Positions 33,535 to 42,730 of a stretch of 64,000 bases of DNA are shown one piece after another; positions within the stretch are counted from its first letter, which is position 1; every line of letters starts with the position of its first letter. The notes under the pieces are model-generated. The model did not search any database and had not been told where the DNA came from. It saw only the letters and a program-made list of their open reading frames with translations. This DNA is from an uncultured Alphaproteobacteria bacterium (GTDB taxonomy: Bacteria > Pseudomonadota > Alphaproteobacteria > Rhizobiales > Beijerinckiaceae). Location: NCBI GenBank assembly GCA_963762335.1, contig CAVXKU010000019.1, positions 19,765-83,764 on the forward strand, read 5' to 3'. Made by a program: the position numbers and the translations under genes.

Positions 33535-34587
33535 CTAGGCTTTTGTCGCGAGCAACTCGCTCAGATTCTTATCGAGCTGACCGATCGCATTCGGATCAGC
33601 GCCGAAGAGCGCAAGATGACCATCGACGGTCTGGATCGGCCGGAACTCGGCATTTGGAATGAGCCGCCATTCGGCCTGGCAATCGGACGGCGGGAAGAAC
33701 ATGTCTGACGACATCGGCATGACAAAGGTCTTGGCCTTGATGCGGCCTAGCGCGGCTCGCAGGTCGCCGCCGGTCAGTCGGCTTACGTCGCCGCGCTGCC
33801 ATTTCCACGCCATGCACAGCAAATCGTTGGGATCCATGACGGAGAAATAACCGTTCATGAAGTTCACGATGAAATCGTCCATCGACGAAAAGCCCAGCGC
33901 CTTGTGCCGCTCCTGCTGGAAGAATTCCGTGCTCCAGCCCATCACCGCCCACATTTTCGCGTGGCGCAACAAGCCTTCCCTCACGTCGGCCGACGATGCG
34001 TAAAAACCCCTGTTGAAGCCGGGGTCGGAGGTGATGGCGTCGACCAGCGTTTCCGTGAAAAGGGAATCGTGGATGGTGTTTTTCGCGGTGCCGGCAATCG
34101 GCGCGGCGCGCTTCACCATGTCGGGATAGCGCACCGCCCATTCGTAGGTCTGCTGTGCGCCCATGGAGCCGCCGACTACGAGCGCGAGGCTCTTTAAATC
34201 GAATTGTTCCGTGAGCAATTTATGTTGCGCCCGCACGTCATCGCCGATGCGGACATGAGGAAAGTTCGCCATCCCGCCCGGCGCCGGCGTATTGTGCGGA
34301 GATGTGGAAAGACCGTTGCCGATCTGATTGACGATGACGATGAAATACTTGTCGGGATCAAGCGCGCGCCCCTGGCCGATATAGACCTGCTCCATGATCT
34401 TGCTCGTGCCGGAGTACCAGGTGGGAATGAGGATGGCGTTGTCTTTCGCGGCATTGAGCTTGCCGAAAGTCGCGTAGGCCAGTTTGCACGCGCGAATCGT
34501 GCCGCCCTCCTCCAATTCGAGATTGCCAATGTCGTGAAGCTCGTAAGGGCCGTGAACGTCCTGCGAGTAATAGCTGTTGTCGATCAT
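33535..34587 (-). CDS. Alpha/beta hydrolase of the homoserine-O-acetyltransferase-like family (MekB-like esterase)
   Basis: LAYATFG.LN, PTWYSG, GGSMG nucleophile, D.FFP, GH; co-oriented downstream of the BVMO. Confidence 0.85.
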   Translation of the reverse strand: MIDNSYYSQDVHGPYELHDIGNLELEEGGTIRACKLAYATFGKLNAAKDNAILIPTWYSGTSKIMEQVYIGQGRALDPDKYFIVIVNQIGNGLSTSPHNTPAPGGMANFPHVRIGDDVRAQHKLLTEQFDLKSLALVVGGSMGAQQTYEWAVRYPDMVKRAAPIAGTAKNTIHDSLFTETLVDAITSDPGFNRGFYASSADVREGLLRHAKMWAVMGWSTEFFQQERHKALGFSSMDDFIVNFMNGYFSVMDPNDLLCMAWKWQRGDVSRLTGGDLRAALGRIKAKTFVMPMSSDMFFPPSDCQAEWRLIPNAEFRPIQTVDGHLALFGADPNAIGQLDKNLSELLATKA

Positions 34588-34663
34588 GGTCGCCTCCCAC
34601 ATCAGTTTTTCGGGCGGTGGGCCTCGCGCCCTTCCCGCCCGTTCTTCTTGCTTTTACGCTTGT

Positions 34664-36280
34664 CTACACGAGTTCGAATCCCTCGTAGCCCTTAGCGGCG
34701 ACCTCGTCGCACTTCTTCCTGTAGCCGCCCACTCCCTCCGGCCCCAGATAAGGCAAGAAAGCGCGCGGTTTGCCCGGAATGTTGGCGCTCATGTACCAGG
34801 AGTTGGCGCCGACCATGAGCGTCGCGTTGACGACCTGGTTGACATGGGCGACCCATTGGTCCTGCGCCGTTGGCGTCGCTTCGATGATGGTCTTTCCGGT
34901 CCTTCGCATTGTTTCAATGCAGTCCGTGATCCACTCGACATGCTGCTCGATCGACACCGGCATGTTCGACAGCACCGAAGGGCTTTGCGGGCCGGTGATG
35001 GTGAACAAGTTCGGAAAGCCGGCGATAGAGACGCCAAGATAGGTGTGCGGACCGTCCCGCCACTCCTGATCCAGGGTGCGGCCGCCGCGGCCCTTCAGGT
35101 TTAGCGCCTTCAGCGGGCCAGTCATGGCGTCGAACCCGGTGGCGAAAACGATGATGTCGAGAGGGTATTCCTTGCCGCCTGCGCGAATTCCGCCTTCGGT
35201 GATTTCTTCAATCCCGCCGTCGGCGCCTGCATCGACCAGCTGCACGTTGTCCTTGTTGAAGGTTTCATAATAGTTGGTGTCCAGCGGCTGGCGCTTGGTG
35301 CCGTAGGCGTAGCCCCTGGGTATCAGTTTTTCGGCAATAGCCGGGTCTTTCACGATCTTGCGGATCTTGCGCTTGATGTAGTCAGCGCAGACGTCATTGG
35401 CCTCCTGCGAGAAGAACATGTCCTGGTAGTTCCCCAGCCAGAAGGCGAACCCGCCGGCATCCCACATCCGGTCAAACACGCGCTCCCGCTCTTCGGGCGT
35501 GTCTTGCAGCACAGACTTCGGAATGAAGTAATGCTCCTGGCCGAAGAAGGATTCCCTGATCCTCTTCACAACGCCCTCGTAGTCAGCCTTTCGGGCGCTA
35601 ACCACTTCGGGGTCCACCTTGCCGTTGCGCGCCGGGACGCAATAGTTGGCCGTGCGCTGGAATACGGTGAGTTGCTTGGCCTGCTGCGCAATTTCGGGAA
35701 TAGCCTGCACGGCCGTGGCGCCGGTGCCGACCACGCCTACGCGTTTGCCAGTGAAGTCAACGCCGGTATGGGGGAAGCGACTGGTGTGATACCACTTGCC
35801 CTTGAATGTCTCCAAGCCCTTGAACGAAGGTAGGTTCGTGGTCGACAACGTGCCTACGGCTGAGATGAGGTAGCTTGCTGTAACCTCTTCTCCCTTGTCG
35901 GTATGGACCGTCCACAGGTTGGTTCTTTCGTCGAATTCGGCCCCGGTTACGGTCGTGTTGAACTGAATGTCGCGCTTGAGGTGGTGGCGCTTTGCGACCT
36001 CTTCGAGGTAGCGGAGAATTTCGGGCTGTTCGGGATAGCGTTCGGACCATTGCCACTCTTGCAGGAGTTGCTTGTCCCAAGTGAAGCAGTAGATGTAGGC
36101 GTCAGAATCGCAACGCGCGCCGGGGTAGCGATTCCAGTACCAGGTGCCGCCCACCGTTTCGCCGGTTTCATACACGCGCACCTTCAATCCCAATCTGTCC
36201 CTCAGCGACTTCAGCATGTGCAGCCCGGAAAAGCCCGCGCCGATCACGACAGCGTCCAAATGTTGAGCTGTGCTAGCCAT
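34664..36280 (-). CDS. Type I Baeyer-Villiger monooxygenase (ketone monooxygenase)
   Basis: GAGFSG, GGTWYWNRYPGARCD, FKGKWYHTSRFP fingerprint, GTGATAVQ, ATGFDAMTG, NSWY..ANIPGK. Confidence 0.93.
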   Translation of the reverse strand: MASTAQHLDAVVIGAGFSGLHMLKSLRDRLGLKVRVYETGETVGGTWYWNRYPGARCDSDAYIYCFTWDKQLLQEWQWSERYPEQPEILRYLEEVAKRHHLKRDIQFNTTVTGAEFDERTNLWTVHTDKGEEVTASYLISAVGTLSTTNLPSFKGLETFKGKWYHTSRFPHTGVDFTGKRVGVVGTGATAVQAIPEIAQQAKQLTVFQRTANYCVPARNGKVDPEVVSARKADYEGVVKRIRESFFGQEHYFIPKSVLQDTPEERERVFDRMWDAGGFAFWLGNYQDMFFSQEANDVCADYIKRKIRKIVKDPAIAEKLIPRGYAYGTKRQPLDTNYYETFNKDNVQLVDAGADGGIEEITEGGIRAGGKEYPLDIIVFATGFDAMTGPLKALNLKGRGGRTLDQEWRDGPHTYLGVSIAGFPNLFTITGPQSPSVLSNMPVSIEQHVEWITDCIETMRRTGKTIIEATPTAQDQWVAHVNQVVNATLMVGANSWYMSANIPGKPRAFLPYLGPEGVGGYRKKCDEVAAKGYEGFELV

Positions 36281-36653
36281 GTGCGTCCTCCAAGTTTTCT
36301 TGCTTGAATCCATGAGAGAGCTTCGATCCTCCTTGAGGATTTCGGGTGTAGAGCCGCCTTCGCATCCAACGAGGCGAACGTTGCTTTCGACCAGACATTT
36401 CGCGCCCGCCGGACGGTCGCTGGATCAGGATGGCGCCTGAAATTGCGTCAGCTTGAGGCGATCGACTCTATCGTCGGCGAGTTTTGCTCAATCGCGGCCG
36501 CACAGGTTGCGGCAGCGAATATCTTTCCTCCCGTGTTGTTCATTGTCTGGAGTAATCTTTCACCCGGACGAGTATTTTTGCAAGGACCCGACAAGCGGAC
36601 TTCCGCTTTGGCGGCAACGGGGCGGTCGTCGAGCGCGTCTCGAAACTCGGTCC

Positions 36654-36727
36654 GAACCGCTTCGCCCCTTGCGCTGCCGCACGGCCGCGAGGGCGGAGCG
36701 CAGGCGAGCGATCTCGGCGGCATTGCT
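36654..36727 (+). pseudogene. Orphan, diverged zapE 3'-end fragment
   Basis: RTAS-[internal deletion]-LALPHGREGGAQASDLGGIA; 9 differences in the 60 aligned nt, 7 of them synonymous. Confidence 0.85.
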
Positions 36728-36760
36728 GCGCCATGGGCGAGCGAGGGCCGCGCTTCTTGC

Positions 36761-36925
36761 TGTCATGCCCGCGAAAGCGGGTATCCAGACTGCAGGCTTG
36801 GACCTTTCAAGTTCACGGCCGCCAGAGGGGCTCTGGACCCCCGCTGTCCGGGGGTGACAAACTTTGGCACCGCTCGCTCATGCGGCTGGCCGGGACAACC
36901 CTAGGACAAGCCGGTCATGACGGCG
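36761..36925. repeat. Cluster of palindromic REP-like elements
   Basis: TGTCATGCCCGCGAAAGCGGGTATCCAG...CTGGACCCCCGCTGTCCGGGGGTGACA and GGCCGGGACAA...CAAGCCGGTCATGACGG. Confidence 0.7.
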
Positions 36926-36939
36926 TCTAAGCCGCTCAC

Positions 36940-37755
36940 TCACGCTAAATGCGCGTAACCCGCAGCCGCCGCCTCGCGCTCCACCGCGATCACTCGATCA
37001 TAGTCGCCTCGCGCCGCCGCCCGAGCGCCCGTGAGGCCGAGCACGGCGCGCGTCTCGGCGAGGTTAGGATCGGCCAACGCTTCAAACAGCGCCTCGCGCA
37101 TGGCCTCGATCGTCGGCGGCGGAAGGCGTGCCGAAGCGATGAACGGCAAGCAGGGCAAGGGCGGGCTCTCGGTGACGATGGCGACGCGCTCGACGAGGTC
37201 GGGACGCCCGCGCTCGAGATGCGCGAAGCTCACGCAATCGATCGAGGCGAGGTCCGCCCTGCCCTCAGCGACTGCGGTTACACTTGCTTCATGCGAGCCT
37301 GTGACGACGATGGAGGAGAAGAAAGGCGCGCCGCCGGCAACGGGCGCAATCGTTGCGCGAAAGAGATTCATACCGGTGTTGCTGTCGTGAGCGTTGAGCG
37401 CGGCGATTGTTTCGCGAAATTCATCAAGCGCTCGGCGGGGCTCGTCCGCTCGCCGAATGATGAAGCTTCGGTGCGAGGCGCCTTTGCAGCCGGGAAAAGA
37501 ATATTCCGGCGCGGCGATCAGCGTGACTGTCTCTTTGAGAGCGGTGACATAGGGGTAGCCGCATGCCTGACCGAAGATGAGGGCGGGATGTCGCCAAAGC
37601 GTGGCGAGATCGCCGCCTCTGGTCAGACGCGCCGGCGCCCGCACGCCAGCCTCGGCAAGTCGAGCCGCGATCGAAGCCCACAGCGCGTCGTTCGCGGCTG
37701 CGATCCACGGAAAATCGTACATCGGCAAAATTGCGATCGGCGCCTCGCCGCTCAC
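36940..37755 (-). CDS. PhnD/SsuA/transferrin-family binding protein without a signal peptide
   Basis: LPMYD, LIFGQACGYP, N..DS.TG, TGSH..S, AD.A.IDCV; GTG start overlaps the desaturase TGA. Confidence 0.8.
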   Translation of the reverse strand: MSGEAPIAILPMYDFPWIAAANDALWASIAARLAEAGVRAPARLTRGGDLATLWRHPALIFGQACGYPYVTALKETVTLIAAPEYSFPGCKGASHRSFIIRRADEPRRALDEFRETIAALNAHDSNTGMNLFRATIAPVAGGAPFFSSIVVTGSHEASVTAVAEGRADLASIDCVSFAHLERGRPDLVERVAIVTESPPLPCLPFIASARLPPPTIEAMREALFEALADPNLAETRAVLGLTGARAAARGDYDRVIAVEREAAAAGYAHLA

Positions 37756-38673
37756 GCAGGGCGCCGGTCCCAACCGGGATGAACTGGACTGTCGTGCGGC
37801 CTCAAGAGATAGCGCCGCGCCACATCGAGATAGCTCCGGTAGACGAGGCCGCCATTGCGCCGGATCAGGACCGCCCGGTTGAGCTGATAGAATTGCGGGA
37901 TCTGATACCAGGGCAGCCTGTGTCGCAGATGATGCACCGCATGGAGGTTGTTGAAGAGAAAGAGCGGCCCGAGGATCCAGGCGTTTTCGACGATCGCGGT
38001 GCGACCCTCAGCCGCCGGCACGGCGCGATGCTCGGCGAAGGAGCGGATCATGGCGAGGCTCGCGCCAGGGTAGACGAAGCAGGCGAGATAGACCCAAAGC
38101 GGCATATGGCAGATGGCGATCACCCAGATCAGCACCGGCGCGCACCATAGCAGATGGCGCCCGACAATGGCGCGGACGCCGCGCTTGCCGCGCCACGCAT
38201 CGCGCAACAAATCGCGGATGAAGCCCCCGATCAGAAAGGCCGGACCGAGCGCGACGCGTCCAAGGAGCGTCGTTCGCGCATGGGCCAGCGCGCGGGCGAG
38301 CGGGCCCAGGCTGCCCCATCGCGACGCGGTCCAGTAGGAGCTTTCCGGGTCCTCGAACGGGTCGGTGAGAATTCTCGTCTCGATGATGGGCAAGATGGGT
38401 CGAGCGGTAGATTGAAAAGGGAAGCCAGAGGGATAGGGGCCAGCATCCGATCGCCCCGTTGAGGCGCCGGTTGCGCGTCGGGTGGCCATGGATGGTCTCA
38501 TGCTGAAGATGCTGCTGCCACGTGACGATCCACGCGCCCAGCGCGGTCAGCGCCCACCACGGCAAATGGCGGTGGAAAAAGGTGGCCAGGAGCCACAGTC
38601 CGTAGATCACGACGGCGAGCGCCACGGTCGGCCATTCGATCCCGCGCTTTAGCGGAAGATCTACGATCTCCAC
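37752..38673 (-). CDS. Membrane fatty acid desaturase-family di-iron protein; frameshift near 38370
   Basis: EWPT, QHETIHGHP, HLAHH, RSFAEH, NNLHAVHH histidine boxes. Confidence 0.88.
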
Positions 38674-39038
38674 AGGCGTCGGTCCGAGCTAAAGAGCAGC
38701 AAACCACGTCTTTGAGGGCATGATTGCGTGGGCCGGGCGCTTGCGGTCAATTGCATTAGATTATACTATGTTTATAGATTTTATAGGTCAATATGAATCG
38801 CGAGAAGCGCCGCGTGCGTCGCGGCACGGTGGGAGGTGCGGGGCGAACAGTCCGCGCAGGGTCTTCGCTTCGAAGAGCGGACGCATGGAGCGATCCTGCC
38901 CTGCGAGTCCGCTGGCGAAAATTCGCATGCTGGCTGCGCCAGGCCCCGCCCGGTCAGGCCCCGCTCGCGGCAGCCACGGACCCAGGCTCCAGCTCGGAGA
39001 GCGGCCGCTACAGTGTTCCCAAGAGAGATGACAAAATA

Positions 39039-39300
39039 TTGCTTTAAGCAGAATACAATGATATATTTCTCATTGCTCGAAAGACAGAGCTTCGGTGAGG
39101 CCTGGGCCGAGGTGAGGCTTGGGCCGACGCCGGAAACGGCGTGGATCGGATCGGAGACGGAGGACAAGATTTTCTTATTGGAATCGGCCGTAACCCATTG
39201 AAAAGGCCCGATTCCAAAAAATAAACGCTAGTAAACGCCAGCAAATTTACTGGCGTTTACTAACGTTTATTGGCGTTTAAGGGCACTTATTTACCTGGAT
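39039..39300 (+). repeat. Promoter-bearing structured non-coding element, copy 1 (candidate ncRNA or MITE-like element)
   Basis: TTGCTT-N17-TATATT, GAGGTGAGG, core CGTAACCCATTGAAAAGGCCCGATTC, ~21-bp hairpin; homologous to the reverse complement of 42371-42614. Confidence 0.8.
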
Positions 39301-39319
39301 TTGGGCGCGCCCCAGGCGC

Positions 39320-39820
39320 TCAGGCGCCCCGCGCCTCCCCGCTCGCGGCGCTCAGGGATCCGGGCTCGAGTTCGCAATAGAGCAGACGCTCTGGATCGAC
39401 CGGTCCAGGCAGGGATATCTGTCCTTTTGGCGTGCGCTTAAATCCCATTCTCTCATAGTAAGACTCATCGCCGACCAGCAGGACGAGCTTCCAGCCGGCG
39501 GCCTTGGCCGCTTCGAGCGAGCGATTGACCAGGGCTTCGCCGATGCCCTGGCTGCGGAACACGGGCTCGACGATCAGCGGGCCGAGCAGCAGGGCCGGCG
39601 CCGTGTCGCCGATGACGATCGGCGTCATGGCCGAGGCGCCGACCAGGAGCGTGCCGACCCGCGCGACGAAGCTCAGCGCCGGATCGGGATCCGTGGTCTC
39701 TCGGATGCGATAGGCCGTGCGCGCGTATCGGCCGGGGCCGAACACGCGCTCGTTGAGGCGTTCGATCGGCTCGGCGTCGTCGTCTGTCGCCGGTTCGAGG
39801 ATGAGGGAGAGATCGTGCAT
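39320..39820 (-). CDS. GNAT N-acetyltransferase (YhbS-like)
   Basis: FGPGR.ARTAYR.RE, LLGPL.V.P..R.QGIG, LVGD..YY...GF. Confidence 0.92.
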   Translation of the reverse strand: MHDLSLILEPATDDDAEPIERLNERVFGPGRYARTAYRIRETTDPDPALSFVARVGTLLVGASAMTPIVIGDTAPALLLGPLIVEPVFRSQGIGEALVNRSLEAAKAAGWKLVLLVGDESYYERMGFKRTPKGQISLPGPVDPERLLYCELEPGSLSAASGEARGA

Positions 39821-39877
39821 CCCCGGCTTCTAGCACGCCAATACAGGGCCGCCAGAACCCGGGCAACGCGCATCCCG

Positions 39878-41344
39878 TCAGGCGCTCGCGACGTTGGGGT
39901 CGCGCCAGGCGCGCTCGAACGGCAACCGCCACGCGTGAGGGCGCGATCAGCTGATAGATCGACTGCGGCCCCCAGGAGCCCGGCGCATAGATCTTGACCG
40001 GCGGCGGCGATTCGAGAAGCGGCTGCGAGACTTCCCACAGCCGCTCGATGCCCTCGGCCGAACAGAACAGCGTGTGATCGCCGCGCATCGCGTCGAGGAT
40101 CAGGCGCTCGTAGGCCTCGAGCACGTCGCCGCCCAGTCCGGTTTCGCGCATCGCGAATTGCAGGCTCTGCTTGTTGAGCCGCATCCCCGGGCCGGGCTTC
40201 TTGCCGTAGAAGGACAGCGACACCTTGGACTGGTCGGCGAGATCGAAGGTCAGGTGATCCGGCCCCTGCGACCTGAGGCCGGAATCGGCCGGGAACATGC
40301 TCTTCGGCGGTTCGCGGAAGGCGATCGAGATGATGCGCTGGCCCTCCGCCATGCGCTTGCCGGTGCGCAGGAAGAACGGCACGCCCGCCCAGCGCCAATT
40401 GTCGATGAAGCATTTGAGCGCGATGAAGGTCTCGGTGTCCGAATTCCGGATCGACGCCGGGCTCCTTGCGGTAGCCGATAAACTGACCGCGCACGACATG
40501 CGCGGGGTCGATCGGCATCAGCGAGCGGAAAACCTTGTTCTTTTCCTCGCTGATCGGACCGGGCGCCAGCGATGTCGGCGGCTCCATCGCCATGAAGCCC
40601 AGAATCTGGAAGAGATGCGTCACCACCATGTCGCGATAGGCGCCGGTCTGCTCGTAGAAGCCGATCCGATTGCCGATATCGAGCGTCTCCGGCACATCGA
40701 TCTGCACGTGATCGATGAAATTGCGGTTCCAGATCGGCTCGAACAGGCCGTTGGCGAAACGAAAGGCGAGGATGTTCTGCGCCGGCTCCTTGCCGAGGAA
40801 GTGATCGATGCGGAAAATCTGCTCCTCGGCGAACACCTTGTGCAGCGCGTCGTTGAGCGCGATGGCGCTTTCGAGATCGGTGCCGAACGGCTTTTCCATA
40901 ATGACACGCGATCCGCCGGCAAGCTGGGCCTCGCTCAGCATCTTGATCGCCGACAGCGCGGCGTTCGGCGGCACGCTCAGGTAGTGGACGCGCTGGGCCT
41001 CCTCGACGAAGGACTTCTCCGCCCTGTCGACCGCCTCCTTGAGCGCGCCGGCGCCGGCCGCGATCGGCACGTAGTCGAGCATCGCTTCGAAGGCCGGCCA
41101 GGCCTCCTTCTTGGGGCCATGGGCGTGTTGCTCGAAGACGGCGTCGCGGGCGAGGGCGCGGAAGCCCTCCGCGTCGAGCGCGTCGAGCGACACGCCAATG
41201 ATCCGGCATTTCGAAATGAAGCCGGCGCGTCACCAGGTGAAAGAGGCCGGGCAGCAGCTTCTTGTGGGCGAGATCTCCGGTCGCGCCAAACAGGACGACG
41301 ATCTGAGGCAGCTTGGGGCCGACCCCGACAGGTATTCTCGCCAT
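39878..41344 (-). CDS. zwf: Glucose-6-phosphate 1-dehydrogenase; several indels
   Basis: LFGATGDLA, MEKPFG, RIDHFLGKE, RDMVVTHL, RWAGVPFFLRTGKR, AYERL. Confidence 0.95.
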
Positions 41345-41452
41345 TGCGTTCTCCGCCCTCGCCCTTGCATTCCGCGCCCAGCCGCGCGCCAGTCTCTCGC
41401 GTCCGGACGACAGAAACGCGACAAGCCCGAGATGTCCGACGGGCCGACGATT

Positions 41453-42366
41453 TTACCGTCGCAACCTGAGGCTCGCCCAGCCTTCGAGCTCGATCCGCTC
41501 GGCCAGATGAAACCCTTGCGCCCGCCAGGATGCGAGCACGCCCGGAACATCAGCAAGAAGCAGGCCGGAGACGATCGCGTCGCCGTCCGCGCTGATGACC
41601 CGCCGCGAGCGACGGCGCGAGCAGCCGCAAGGGCTTCGCCAGGATGTTGGCGAACACCAGGTCGTAAGGCGCGGCCTCGCGCAGGCGCGCGTTCTCGACG
41701 CCGCGCGAGACGATCGCCCGGCACAGGACGCCGACGCCGTTCAGCCGAGCGTTGCCGTTGGTGACCTCAACCGCGATGGGATCGATGTCGCCGAGCCAGA
41801 CCTTGCGGCGCAGGACCTTGGCGGCGGCGATGGCGAGCACGCCCGCGCCGCAGCCGACGTCGAGCACGCGGCCCGGCCGGCGGCGCTTGAGCAGGCGGTC
41901 GAAATGCAGAAGGCAGCCCCGCGTCGTGCCGTGATGGCCGGTGCCGAAGGCGAGCCCGGCCTCGATCTCGATCGCCACGTCGTTCGCCCTGACGCGCGCC
42001 CGATCATGGGCGCCGTGAACGAGAAAGCGCCCTGCCCGAACCGGTTTGAGGCCGGCGAGCGAGTTGGCGACCCAGTCCCGCTTCTCGGTGAGGCCGAAGG
42101 TCGCCGAGCGCGCGGTCGCTTCGTCCGAGGCGACGGCGATCAGCTCCCGGATCGCCTCCTCGTCCGGCTCCCAGCCGAAATAGGCCTCCACGAGCCAGGC
42201 CTTGCCGCCGCCGGGCAAAAGATCGTCCGTCTCAAACGCGGTCGACGCGGCCTCGGCCGGCTCGAAGCTTTCGACGATCAGGTCGGCGACGGCGCGGGCG
42301 CGGCGCTCGTCGGCTGACGAGGCGCATCACGTGGGCGGCGTTGTTGGGCGGCAGACCTTCGAGCAT
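41453..42366 (-). CDS. prmA: Ribosomal protein L11 methyltransferase; indels
   Basis: MLEGLPPNNA start, DWV..SL, AGLAFGTGHH.TT, LDVGCG.GVL, ANILA. Confidence 0.92.
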
Positions 42367-42370
42367 GGCG

Positions 42371-42614
42371 GCGCAAATAGATGCAAGCAAATGCAAATAA
42401 ATGACAGCAAAATTGCTCTCATTTGCTAACAGCTATTTTTCCGAATCGGGCCTTTTCAATGGGTTACGAGCGATTTAAATAAAAAATTCTTTTCCGGTTT
42501 CGAGCCCGGTGTCAAACGGCTCAAGCGCTTTCACCTCACCTCTTCGCTGCCCGCCCTCTCAGGCGCGAAGTCCGACGAATAGAGCAAGATATCATACATT
42601 TCCCAATTTCGCAA
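42371..42614 (-). repeat. Promoter-bearing structured non-coding element, copy 2 (inverted relative to copy 1)
   Basis: Minus strand: TTGCGA-N17-TATCTT, GAGGTGAGG, identical 26-bp core, hairpin AAATGAGAGC-aatttt-GCTGTCATTT. Confidence 0.8.
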
Positions 42615-42730
42615 TCGATGTCGTCCTGATGACCTAGGCAAACTCTCGTCGATCGGCGGTGGGCATGGCGCGAGCCGACGGGGCGCTCGCGAACACCAGC
42701 GAATGAGCGAGCCGACAGGATCAGGCCGGT

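Noticed and set aside
36431-36446. Possible sigma54 promoter TGGCGC...TTGC near the BVMO
   Set aside because: The spacing is one base too long and it lies on the wrong strand for the BVMO.
38836-39201. ORFs overlapping the non-coding element (also 42531-42839) as a conserved peptide or type I toxin
   Set aside because: The peptides from the two copies are not similar, and their frames and stops differ.
39220-39290. Short periodic repeats as a CRISPR array or plasmid iterons
   Set aside because: Units are about 10 bp with no unique spacers, and there is no cas or rep gene; they form a hairpin within the dispersed element.
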